64,000 nt of DNA from Euzebyales bacterium (GTDB lineage Bacteria > Actinomycetota > Nitriliruptoria > Euzebyales > JAHELV01). Positions 34,880-43,727 of the stretch are shown one piece after another; position 1 is the stretch's first letter, and every line of letters starts with the position of its first letter. The translations under genes and the position numbers were made by a program. The stretch covers positions 19,084-83,083 of the forward strand of contig DASUUK010000031.1 in assembly GCA_036374135.1 (NCBI GenBank), read 5' to 3'. A model generated the notes under the pieces. It saw nothing but the letters and a program-made list of their open reading frames with translations, had not been told where the DNA came from and did no database searches.

Positions 34880-35110
34880 GACAACGTGCCCGCTACCGGT
34901 CGCTGGCGGCTCGATCAACCACCTCGGCGTGGAGACCGGGACGTCCACCGAGGTCGTGACCACCGAGCAGCGCTGCGGGCCGCGGACTGTCGACCGGTGG
35001 CATCGATGCGGCCGAGCGCTGCTACGTACAGAAGACCGAGACGTGGGTCGACGGGTCCCGACGGCACCCGCTGGAAGTGGTCGTTCGGCCAGTCGGCGGT
35101 CTGGCCGCGG
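34880..35110 (+). pseudogene. remnant of a CadI/ArsI-type VOC gene (C-terminal half, frameshifted)
   Basis: Three frames are needed to read GGSINHLGVETGTSTEV / AAGRGLSTGGIDAAERCYVQKTETWVDG / GPDGTRWKWSF. These parallel the CadI blocks LDHLGVEVE...CCYAVQDKVWV.GP.G..WEV. The N-terminal half is absent. Confidence 0.5.
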
Positions 35111-35159
35111 TTCGGTGAGCCCGCCCGTTCTCGTAGGGATTTCGGGACGGCCATAGCCC

Positions 35160-35646
35160 GACGCACTCGGGCAGTGCCGAGTGCGGTTGGCGGTAGACGC
35201 GCAGCGGGCAGCAGAGATCTTGGGGCGGGTGGACGCCGCCCGCGTGGGCCTTCGCGCCGGACGGGTACGACTCGCGGGTTTCCAAACGATCCTCAGCACC
35301 CTCGTACCGAAGGCAGCCGCCGAGTTGTCCCGGTCGCACCCGGAAATCGAGTTGACCTTGTCGATGCTCACCCGGTCGACGGCCTGACGATGCTGCGCTC
35401 CGGACACGTCGACATCGCCTTGATCTTCCGGCACGCCGACACTCCGCTGGAGGAGGAAGGAATCAGACTCACCCACCTGTTGGACGCCCCCTGTACCTCG
35501 TCAGTGACAACCCCATCCGGACGCCGGGCATCCACACCACACAGCTCACCGACAGCACCCGCCAGATCTATGCCGCCACCTACGGCAACCCGCCGGACCC
35601 ACCCGCCACGACCGCGCTGCTCGAGATCCTGGCATCAGTGGCGTGA
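35160..35646 (+). pseudogene. remnant of a LysR-family regulator gene (HTH missing, at least 2 frameshifts, internal loss)
   Basis: Frame a reads GRVRLAGFQTILSTLVPKAAAELSRSHPEIELTL. Frame b reads DAHPVDGLTMLRSGHVDIALIFRHADTPLEEEGIRLTHLLDAP. Frame c reads LYLVSDNPIRTPGIHTTQL...ALLEILASVA, followed by a stop. Together these cover a LysR substrate-binding domain, but the N-terminal HTH region is absent. Confidence 0.55.
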
Positions 35647-35918
35647 CACTCCAAGCCCCGGGTACCGAGCCCACGGTTCATCCCGAACACCGCAGGTTTG
35701 CGGCAGCCGGCATGGAGAAACGCGGTCATCTGGCGATCGAAGGAGGGGGCGCCACGGTGCCGAAGCGTCCGAGGCCCGAGTAGCGCAGGCCTCGCCGGAC
35801 CGACGGGTCGCCACCCGGGATTCGCGACGTTCGGCGTTGCCAGTCTCATTGCGGTCCTTGCGGCGAGGGACCGCAGAAGTGTGCACGTCCCGCACCGTGG
35901 GAGAGCCCCCGGACGCCG

Positions 35919-36188
35919 CTAGACGGCAGACTCTCGGCTGGCCCGGTCGCGGTCACGGCGTCCCGCGAAAGCTCCCACGACAACGAGGCCGACCGCCGCA
36001 CTAGCGCCAAGAACGGCAAACCCAGCACCCGGGCTCTGGTCGTGGCCGAAGCCGCACGGCACGACGTAGTTGAGGACGGAGAAGCACTCCGGCGGGTCAG
36101 AATCGTTCCCGTTTGCAGGAAACAGCAGAAGGAACACGAGCACGCCTCCGAACAGAGCTGCCGCTCCCGTGGCACCGAGGCGCTTCAA
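35919..36188 (-). CDS. small hypothetical membrane protein (89 aa, 2 TM, 2 Cys in the loop)
   Basis: ORF 35919..36188. Its TTG start is preceded by GGGAGG (ccagggaggtagcTTG). Hydrophobic segments are AALFGGVLVFLLLF and FAVLGASAAVGLVVVGAF. A GCGGTCC/GGACCGC hairpin lies about 40 nt downstream (35849-35878). The region has lower GC. Confidence 0.4.
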   Translation of the reverse strand: MKRLGATGAAALFGGVLVFLLLFPANGNDSDPPECFSVLNYVVPCGFGHDQSPGAGFAVLGASAAVGLVVVGAFAGRRDRDRASRESAV

Positions 36189-36288
36189 GCTACCTCCCTG
36201 GAGATCAGACGAAGCTGCCGTACGCGGACGTCGATGGTCGTGCCTGGGGAAACGGATCGGACGGATATGCGCAGGTCAGACGTGGTTT

Positions 36289-36360
36289 GTGGGGGCGGCA
36301 GGTGTCGAACCTGCGACCTCTCGCTTGTAAGGCGAGCGCTCTTCCGCTGAGCTACGCCCC
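36289..36360 (-). tRNA. tRNA-Val (anticodon TAC), CCA not encoded
   Basis: The reverse complement reads GGGGGCG-TA-GCTC-AGCGGAA-GAGC-G-CTCGC-CTTACAA-GCGAG-AGGTC-GCAGG-TTCGACA-CCTGC-CGCCCCC-A. All stems pair. The next bases are CA, not CCA. Confidence 0.9.
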
Positions 36361-36448
36361 CTCGGGGCCGCTCCAGCCTAGTGCCTCAGAGGAGGACGCC
36401 ACGAACGCGGAGGGCGTGGGGTGAGCGTCACGCGTGCGCGGAGGAGGA

Positions 36449-38452
36449 TCAGCCGTCGGTGATCCACGCGACCGACAGCGGCGGCAGGTGGATGCGGCCC
36501 TCGGCGATCGTGACGTCCCAGACGTCCAGCACGTCGCGGGGTTGGCCCAGCAGCACGCGCCGGCACAGGTCGGCGTCCGCCGACTGCGGGTCGTCGGCGA
36601 CGTTGGCGAGCCCGAGCATCGTGCCGAAGCGCGGGTGGCTGCGCATCCACGCCAGGACGTGCGGGTTGTCGTGACGCAGCGGTGCCACGGTCGCGTCGAA
36701 GTCCTGCAACTGTGGCGTGGTCGCCCGCGCGCGCCCCAGCTGGCGGAAGCTGTCGAACAGGCGGCCCTCGAGCGTGGTCGGGTCGTCCCGGCGCGCGGCC
36801 GCGTCCCAGTCCATGCGGGGGCGGTGCATCCAGCGGTTGTCGGCGGCGTGCTCGGGGCGCTCCAGGTACCAGTGGTCGTTGCGCAGCCCGATCTCGTCGC
36901 CCATGTAGAGCAGCGGGATGCCGCCCCAGCCGTAGATCACCGCGTGCAGCAGCAGCAGCCGCGAGATCGCTGCGTCGAGCAGTGTCGGATCGTCGCGTTC
37001 GAGCGCCTCCTCGAGCCCGGCGAGCGACGCGGCGGTACCCGACGTCCGGGCGTCGCCGGTCGCCGGGTTGAGACCGAAGCGCGCGCCACGGGCGAACGAC
37101 CCCGGGAAGTCCCCCGCGTAGAAGTCCACGAGGAACGACCGGTGACCGAAGCCGTCGGCGCCCACGGTCGCCGCGTCCTCCTCGGTGATGGTCCAGCCGA
37201 TGTCGTCGTGACACCGGATGTAGGTCATCCACGTCGTCTCCGGTGGAGGTCTGCGCATGCGCCCCAGCGCGTTGGTGGCGAGGCCGACGTCCCGTGATGC
37301 CACCGACGACCACAGCAGGACCATCAACTGGTTGTGGTACGCGAGATCGCATTCGGGCCGCTGGAGGTCGTGCCCGCCGAGGTACTGGACCAGATCGCCG
37401 GGAGACACGATCGCCTCGGCCTTGAACAGGATCGCCGGTGCCGCGATCCGCATGAGTGCGCGCAGGGCCTGCAGCAGCAGGTGGGCCTCCGGCTGGTTCT
37501 GGCAGTCCGTGCCCATCCGCTTCCAGATGAACGGCACGGCGTCGAGGCGGAAGACCTCGACACCGATGTTGGCAAGGTCGCAGATGATCTCCAGCATCTC
37601 CTCGAACACGGCGGGGTTCGCCCAGTTCAGATCCCACTGGTAGTCGTGGAACGAGGTCCACACCCACGCATCGAGTTCGTCGACCCACGTGAAGTTGCCG
37701 GGCGCACGGTCAGGGAAGACCTCGGGCAACGTCCGCTCGTAGGCGTCGGGCAGCTCACGATCGTCGTACACCAGGTAGTACTCGCGGTAGTGCTGCTCAC
37801 CCGCGATCGCCTTGCGCGCCCACTCGTGCTCCCGCGCCGTGTGGTTGACCACCAGGTCGATGCAGAGGCTGACGTTGTGTTCGCGCAACGTGCCGGCCAT
37901 CGCGTGGAGATCGTCGATCGTCCCCAGCAGCGGGTCCACTGCACGGTAGTCGGCCACGGCGTAGCCGCCGTCGTTGGGGCCCTCGCGCGGTTCCAGCACC
38001 GGCATGAGGTGCAGGTAGGTGACGCCGAGCTCGGCGAGGTAGCCGATGTGGTCGGTCACGCCGGCGAGATCATCCGCGAAGCGGTCGGCGTAGCAGACGT
38101 ACCCGATCATCGCCTCGTCGAGGTACCAGTGCGGGTTGATCTCGCGCGTGACGTCCAGCCGGCGCAGCGCATGTGGTCTTCCAGCCGTCGCGCGCAGCAC
38201 GCTCTGCAGCAGCGTGTCGAGCAGATCTGCGACGTCGTGGGCGCCGTAGACCTGCGCGAGTGCGTCGTACGCGTCGGCGTACCATCGGCCGGCGCGCGCC
38301 ATGAACCGATCGGCCATCGCCTCGTCGAGCAGATCGGCAGCGGCCGACGCCCACCGGTCACGTCGTCGTGGCCAGATGTCACGCGCGCGCCGGCGGTGCT
38401 CGCTGCTGACCGCCACGTCGATCCGACCCTTTCGTACGGCGCACCGGCTCAC
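36449..38452 (-). CDS. GH13 alpha-amylase family enzyme, amylosucrase-like
   Basis: ORF 36449..38452. GH13 regions are present: DLVVNHTA, GVEVFRLDAVPFIW, FKAEAIV, YIRCHDDIG. The N-terminal helical extension and length (about 650 aa) resemble amylosucrases. The start is uncertain. Confidence 0.75.
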   Translation of the reverse strand: MSRCAVRKGRIDVAVSSEHRRRARDIWPRRRDRWASAAADLLDEAMADRFMARAGRWYADAYDALAQVYGAHDVADLLDTLLQSVLRATAGRPHALRRLDVTREINPHWYLDEAMIGYVCYADRFADDLAGVTDHIGYLAELGVTYLHLMPVLEPREGPNDGGYAVADYRAVDPLLGTIDDLHAMAGTLREHNVSLCIDLVVNHTAREHEWARKAIAGEQHYREYYLVYDDRELPDAYERTLPEVFPDRAPGNFTWVDELDAWVWTSFHDYQWDLNWANPAVFEEMLEIICDLANIGVEVFRLDAVPFIWKRMGTDCQNQPEAHLLLQALRALMRIAAPAILFKAEAIVSPGDLVQYLGGHDLQRPECDLAYHNQLMVLLWSSVASRDVGLATNALGRMRRPPPETTWMTYIRCHDDIGWTITEEDAATVGADGFGHRSFLVDFYAGDFPGSFARGARFGLNPATGDARTSGTAASLAGLEEALERDDPTLLDAAISRLLLLHAVIYGWGGIPLLYMGDEIGLRNDHWYLERPEHAADNRWMHRPRMDWDAAARRDDPTTLEGRLFDSFRQLGRARATTPQLQDFDATVAPLRHDNPHVLAWMRSHPRFGTMLGLANVADDPQSADADLCRRVLLGQPRDVLDVWDVTIAEGRIHLPPLSVAWITDG

Positions 38453-38558
38453 AACGGGCGCGGAGTCCGCGCTCGTCCGACAACGGATCCTGCCCCACGT
38501 CAGGGGTCGTCAACCGACGCGAACCGCCGGGATGCGGCGTCGGCTAGCCTGTGCGGCC

Positions 38559-39398
38559 ATGACGACCGACCGGCTGGGCGATTGGACCGACCTCGTCGCC
38601 GCGTGCTACGCGCCCGAGACCGCTGCCTCCTGGGACGCCGTCGGCCTGCACGTCGGTGATCCAGGCGATCCGGTCGGTACAGCCATGATCAGTCTGGACG
38701 TGACTCTGGCCGTGATCGACGAGGCGGTGCGCCGTGGCGCGGACCTGGTGATCGCACACCACCCGCTGCTGTTCCGTCCGCTGGCACGGCTGACACCCGA
38801 CACCGCACCGGGCGCGGTCGCGCTGCACGCCGCCCGCCAGCGTGTCGCCGTGCTGGCCGTGCACACCAACTTCGACGCGGCCGTGCCCGGCACGACCGAG
38901 CCGATCGTCGCCGCGCTCGATCTGGCCGACGTCACGCCCCTTGAGCCCCTGGACGACGATCCCGATCGCGGTCTCGGACGCATCGGAACGCTGGCCGAGG
39001 CGACACCGGTGCGTGCGCTGGCCGACCGGCTCGCGCGCGCACTACCGGCTCCGCACCTGCGGGTCGCGGGTGCGCTCGACCGTACCGTCCGCCGCGTCGC
39101 TGCCTGCGGTGGTGCGGGCGACGGCCTGCTCGACGCCGCGCGCCATGCGGGAGCGGAGCTGTACGTCACCGGCGACCTGCGTCACCACGTCGTGCTCGAC
39201 GCCCTGACCCTCGGACTGTCGGTCATCGACGCCGGCCACTTCGCGACCGAGGCGGCGGCGCTGCCTGCGCTGCACGAACGGCTCGCCCGTGCGGCGAGCG
39301 CTCGTGGCCTCGGTGCGCGCCTGCTAGCGTCGACCACGATCACCGAGCCGTGGTCGGACTACTGCGCGCACGACGGATCAAAGGCGACCACATCGTGA
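38559..39398 (+). CDS. Nif3-like dinuclear metal centre protein (YqfO/YbgI family)
   Basis: This uses the ATG at 38559 within ORF 38301..39398. It has DLVIAHHPLLFRPL, AVHTNFDA, ELYVTGDLRHH and IDAGHFATE. Confidence 0.85.
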   Translation: MTTDRLGDWTDLVAACYAPETAASWDAVGLHVGDPGDPVGTAMISLDVTLAVIDEAVRRGADLVIAHHPLLFRPLARLTPDTAPGAVALHAARQRVAVLAVHTNFDAAVPGTTEPIVAALDLADVTPLEPLDDDPDRGLGRIGTLAEATPVRALADRLARALPAPHLRVAGALDRTVRRVAACGGAGDGLLDAARHAGAELYVTGDLRHHVVLDALTLGLSVIDAGHFATEAAALPALHERLARAASARGLGARLLASTTITEPWSDYCAHDGSKATTS

Positions 39399-40135
39399 CG
39401 AAGGCGAGTGCCGAGCAGCAGCGTCAGCTGCTGCGACTCCAGCAGATCGACACCGACATCCGTCGCCTGGAGCACCGTCGCGCGCACCTGCCCGAGCAGC
39501 AGGCGCTCGACGACCGCGCTGCGCTGCTGGACAAGGTCAACTCGGACCATCTCACGGCCAGGGACGAGCTCGTGGCGGTGGACCGCCGCCAGAAGCGCCT
39601 GGAACACGACGTCAACGCCGTCGACAGCAGGCGTCGGGCCGAGGAGGGTCGGATGTACTCGGGGGCCATCGTCACCGAGCGCGAGGTCGAGGCGCTGCGC
39701 AGCGAGCTGTCCTCGCTCAAGACCCGCAAGCGCGACCTCGAGGACGAGCTGCTCGAGGCCATGGAACGGCACGAGGAGCTGACCGGGACGGTCAAGACGC
39801 TGGAGGAGCGCCGCGTCGAGCTGCGTGACGAGGTCACGCCGTTGGAGCAGGCGCGTGACGCCGCGGCCGCCGACATCGATGCCGAGCTGGGCGAGAAGCG
39901 GGCCGCCCGGCGAGAGGTCGTCGCCGGGCTGACGCCCGGCATCGTCGGAGCGTACGACAGGTTGCGCGCCCGCAAGGACGGAGTGGCGGTCGCAGAGCTG
40001 CGCAACAACACGTGCCAGGGTTGTCACCTGCAGCTGACGGCCGGCGAGCTGGAGGAGGGCCGGGAGATCGGCGAGCTCGGTCTGGCCCGGTGCGTCCAGT
40101 GTGGACGACTGCTCGTCGAGCCGGCCGAGGAGTGA
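39395..40135 (+). CDS. C4 zinc-ribbon coiled-coil protein (DUF164; HP0958/CT398 family)
   Basis: The GTG at 39395 overlaps the nif3 stop (GTGA). A long heptad-rich body is followed by a C-terminal CQGCH...CVQCGRLL zinc ribbon. Confidence 0.8.
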   Translation: MTKASAEQQRQLLRLQQIDTDIRRLEHRRAHLPEQQALDDRAALLDKVNSDHLTARDELVAVDRRQKRLEHDVNAVDSRRRAEEGRMYSGAIVTEREVEALRSELSSLKTRKRDLEDELLEAMERHEELTGTVKTLEERRVELRDEVTPLEQARDAAAADIDAELGEKRAARREVVAGLTPGIVGAYDRLRARKDGVAVAELRNNTCQGCHLQLTAGELEEGREIGELGLARCVQCGRLLVEPAEE

Positions 40136-41112
40136 CCGCTGAACGCGCCGGCGTGGTCGCGCTCAGCGGCGTCACCCGTGAGTTCGGCAGCGTCACGGCC
40201 GTCAGAGACCTGACCCTCGAGATCGCGGAGGGCGACGTGATCGGGCTGCTGGGGCACAACGGCGCCGGCAAGACCACCACGCTGCGGTTGATCGACGGCG
40301 TCCTGGCGGCGACCCGGGGCACGGTGCGTGTGTTCGGTATGGACCCCGCCATCGACGGCGCCGATGTACGCCGGCGCACCGGCGTCCTGCTGACGCAGCC
40401 CTCCCTGGACCGACGGCTGACCGGACGCGAGAACCTCGAGTTCACGGCGCGACTCCACGAAGTGGACCGGCGGCACGCCGGCGACCGCATAGGCGAACTG
40501 ACGACGTCGTTCCACCTCGACGACCGGCTCGACGACGTCGTCGGCGACTACAGCGCCGGGATGGCGCGGCGCCTCGCCCTCGCGCGGATGCTGCTGCCAA
40601 ACCCGTCGCTGCTGCTGCTCGACGAGCCGACCGCGACGCTGGATCCGATGGCCGCCCACGGTGTGCGCCAGCTCATCAGCGACCTGGCCCGTGCACACGC
40701 CCGGACGGTCGTCATGTCGACCCACGACCTGACCGAGGCCGCGGCGATCTGTGACCGGGTCGCCGTACTGCAGCGCGGCGCGCTGGTCGCACTCGGATCG
40801 CCCTCCGAACTGGCGGGACGCGTGGCGGCGCGAGGCCTGCAGCTGCGGGTGGACGACGACGCGCACCCGCGGATCGGAGAGCTTGCAGCGACGATGTCGT
40901 ACACGGTCGAGCCCATCGAGGACGGTGCCGTGCGCGTCCACGGCGTCGGCTACGAGGACGTGCCGGCGCTGGTGCGCATGCTCGTGGAGGACGGCATCGA
41001 CATCTACGGCGTCGCGATCGACCAGCCGACGCTGACCGACTTCTACCTGGCGTTGCACGGCGAGGAATCCGACGTGTCGGAGGCGTCCTCGAATGCGGGC
41101 GGGCAGCTGTGA
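40132..41112 (+). CDS. ABC transporter ATP-binding protein (ABC-2/NatA-like, with C-terminal accessory domain)
   Basis: The GTG at 40132 overlaps the DUF164 stop (GTGA). It has Walker A GHNGAGKTT, an atypical signature YSAGMARRLALARML, Walker B LLLLDEPT and an H-loop STHDL. Confidence 0.85.
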   Translation: MTAERAGVVALSGVTREFGSVTAVRDLTLEIAEGDVIGLLGHNGAGKTTTLRLIDGVLAATRGTVRVFGMDPAIDGADVRRRTGVLLTQPSLDRRLTGRENLEFTARLHEVDRRHAGDRIGELTTSFHLDDRLDDVVGDYSAGMARRLALARMLLPNPSLLLLDEPTATLDPMAAHGVRQLISDLARAHARTVVMSTHDLTEAAAICDRVAVLQRGALVALGSPSELAGRVAARGLQLRVDDDAHPRIGELAATMSYTVEPIEDGAVRVHGVGYEDVPALVRMLVEDGIDIYGVAIDQPTLTDFYLALHGEESDVSEASSNAGGQL

Positions 41113-41924
41113 CCGGTTCGTTCAACCGCTCGGCGGTGCTCGCGATCGCCGGCAGGGACCTGCGCGTCGTCAGGCGCAGCCGCGCGGTCCTGCTGCCCTC
41201 GGTGATCGTGCCGGTCCTCCTGCTGCTGGTGCCACCGCTGGTGCTGCTGACGGCCGTCGATGCGCCGTCCGCGCTGTCCGACGAGCTGCGTCTGCTGCTG
41301 GCGCGCCTGCCACCGGACATCCCTGCCCTGCCCGACGACCCCGCCCAGCAGGCCGTCCTGCTGCTGCTCGTGTATGTCTTCGCACCGTTGTTCCTGCTGG
41401 TGCCGATACTCGTGGCCAGCGTGACGGCGGCCGACAGCGTGGTCGGAGAACGCGAGCGCGGCACGCTCGACGCGCTGCTGCACTCGCCGACGACCGACCG
41501 CGAACTGTTCGTCGGCAAGCTGCTCGCACCATGGCTGATCGCCACGGTCGTGACACTGGTCTGCGCGGCGTGCTACGGCGTGATCGCCAACGGGGTGCTC
41601 GGCGCCTACGGCCTGCCCGCGGCGTTTCCCAACCGTGTGTGGGTGGTGCTCGTGGGGTTCGTCGCACCTGGGGCGGCCGGCGTCAGCCTCGGCGTGATCG
41701 TCGTGATCTCGGCCCGGGTCAAGACGTTCCAGGAGGCGAGTCAGATGAGCGGCATCGTCGTGGTCCCCATCGTGGGCATGGTCGTGGCACAGGTCGCCGG
41801 CCTGTTCCTGTTCGACATGGCATTGCTGATCGCCCTCGGCGTGATCCTGTGGTTGCTAACGTTGCTGCTCATGCGCTTTGCTGTCGGAAGGTTTCGTCGC
41901 GACCGCCTGATCACGGGCGACTAG
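41109..41924 (+). CDS. ABC-2 type transporter permease (NatB-like)
   Basis: The GTG at 41109 overlaps the ATPase stop (GTGA). It is a 6-TM type protein with the GERERGTLDALL motif characteristic of the ABC-2/NatB-like permeases I know. Confidence 0.8.
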   Translation: MTGSFNRSAVLAIAGRDLRVVRRSRAVLLPSVIVPVLLLLVPPLVLLTAVDAPSALSDELRLLLARLPPDIPALPDDPAQQAVLLLLVYVFAPLFLLVPILVASVTAADSVVGERERGTLDALLHSPTTDRELFVGKLLAPWLIATVVTLVCAACYGVIANGVLGAYGLPAAFPNRVWVVLVGFVAPGAAGVSLGVIVVISARVKTFQEASQMSGIVVVPIVGMVVAQVAGLFLFDMALLIALGVILWLLTLLLMRFAVGRFRRDRLITGD

Positions 41925-41933
41925 CATCGAAGG

Positions 41934-43727
41934 TTGCCGATCGAGTACCTGCGCCCCGCAGGTCTGTCGAGGACGCAGGTTTGGGAGGACATGGACGAGG
42001 CCACCGACACCGCGCCACTGGTCACCGCGCTCCGTGACCTGCGTCAGGTGATCGCGGCGTGCTCGTTCTCGCTGTCTGCGGACCAGGCCCAGGAACGCCG
42101 CGCGGAACGGGACCACCTCCGACGTGAGATCGACGGCCTGGTCGCGCGCATCAGTTCGCTCGGGGCGCCGCTGTTGGTGGTGGTCGGTGGCACGACCGGA
42201 TCGGGCAAGTCCACGATCGTCAACACACTGGTCGGTCGCGCGGTGTCGCGGACCGGCGTGATCCGACCGACGACCGAGAACCCCGTCCTCATCGTGCACC
42301 CGGTGGACGCCCACTGGTTCACCGACGACCGGGTGCTCGCGGACTTCGTGCGGGTCGAGTACGAGGGCCGTCGGTCGGGCCGCGACGCCGGCGAGAACGC
42401 CGCGAGGTTGGAGCTGATCCGCGACGAGGACATCCCCCTGGGGCTGGCGTTGGTCGACGCGCCTGACATCGACTCGATCTCGGCACGCAACCGCGAGATC
42501 GCCGATGCACTGCTCGATGCCGCCGACGTGTGGCTGTGGTGCACCTCGGCGGCCAAGTACGCCGATCACGAATCGATGCGCTACCTGATCCGAGCCGGCG
42601 CGCGGCGGACCGCGATCGCGGTCGCCCTGACCCGGGTCGACGCCGAGAACGTCGACGAGTTGGCGGCGGACTTCAACGACAAGCTCGCACAGAGCGCGTC
42701 GATCGAGCCGGAGCTGTTCACGGTCGAAACCGCGCGGGTCATCGACGAACGCCTGCCACGCCCGGTGGTCGGCAGCATCGAACGGTGGCTGCGCGAGCTG
42801 TCCGGCCCGCTGGTCCGTCGCTCGCGTCGCCGGCAGACGATCGAGGGTGCGCTCGACATCATGACGTCCGACGTCGCCGGGTTGATCGAGTGGGTGCGCG
42901 ACGAGACGACCACGCTGGGTGTCCTCAACGACGTGATCAACCGGGCGATCGCCCAGTCGCGCCGGGACTTCGGCGCGGCTCTCGACGACGGGCGCGCGCT
43001 GCGTGACGAGGTCGTGCTGCGCTGGAACCGGTTCGCTGGCAGCAGCGGCATGCTGGCGCTCGTCGAGCGCGCGGGTGAACGCGCGAGCACTTGGGCGCGC
43101 AGCCTGATGGGCACGCTGGGCGGTGAACGGGCCGACGAGGAGGAGGAGGTCCGGCAGGCGGTCGCGACCGACGTCGCCGATCTGGCGTACCAGTTGCTGG
43201 AGCTTGCGTCGGGGCGCATCGTCGACGAGTGGGGGACGGTGCCCGCCGGCGGTGAACTGCTCGAGGACAATCCCGAGCTGTCCGAGCCACCACCGGACCT
43301 CGAGGCGCGGACCCGCAAGACCATCGACGAGTGGCAGGCGACCGTGGTGCGGCTGGTCGAGACCAAGGGCGCCAAGCGCCGCCTGCGGGCGCGGTGGCTC
43401 ACCGCCGTCATCAACGCGACCGCGACCGGCGCGATCATCGCCACGCTCGCGCAGACCGGTGGGCTCACCGGCGCCGAAGCTGGCATCGCGACCGCCGCGG
43501 GCGCCGCCAACCAGGCGCTGTTGACGCGGGTGCTGGGTGCCGCGAACATGCGATGGTTGATCGGTACGGTGCGCAGCGATCTCGAGAAGCGCTTCACCGA
43601 GCTGGTCGCCGTGCACCGTCGCCGCTTCACCGCGGTGCTCGCCGCGGCGGCGCCGTCGCCCAAGTTGATGGATCAGCTCGACGAGCGCGCAGATGCCGTC
43701 CAGAAGGTGCGGTCGTGGGTGAACTGA
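41934..43727 (+). CDS. dynamin-like GTPase (DynA-like; large GTPase with helical stalk)
   Basis: ORF 41934..43727, with a TTG start and an alternative ATG at 41991. GTPase motifs are G1 GGTTGSGKST, G3 DAPDIDS and G4 TRVD. A roughly 350-aa helical region follows, ending in a Gly/Ala-rich hydrophobic patch, AVINATATGAIIATLAQTGGLTGAEAGIATAAGAA. Confidence 0.8.
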   Translation: MPIEYLRPAGLSRTQVWEDMDEATDTAPLVTALRDLRQVIAACSFSLSADQAQERRAERDHLRREIDGLVARISSLGAPLLVVVGGTTGSGKSTIVNTLVGRAVSRTGVIRPTTENPVLIVHPVDAHWFTDDRVLADFVRVEYEGRRSGRDAGENAARLELIRDEDIPLGLALVDAPDIDSISARNREIADALLDAADVWLWCTSAAKYADHESMRYLIRAGARRTAIAVALTRVDAENVDELAADFNDKLAQSASIEPELFTVETARVIDERLPRPVVGSIERWLRELSGPLVRRSRRRQTIEGALDIMTSDVAGLIEWVRDETTTLGVLNDVINRAIAQSRRDFGAALDDGRALRDEVVLRWNRFAGSSGMLALVERAGERASTWARSLMGTLGGERADEEEEVRQAVATDVADLAYQLLELASGRIVDEWGTVPAGGELLEDNPELSEPPPDLEARTRKTIDEWQATVVRLVETKGAKRRLRARWLTAVINATATGAIIATLAQTGGLTGAEAGIATAAGAANQALLTRVLGAANMRWLIGTVRSDLEKRFTELVAVHRRRFTAVLAAAAPSPKLMDQLDERADAVQKVRSWVN

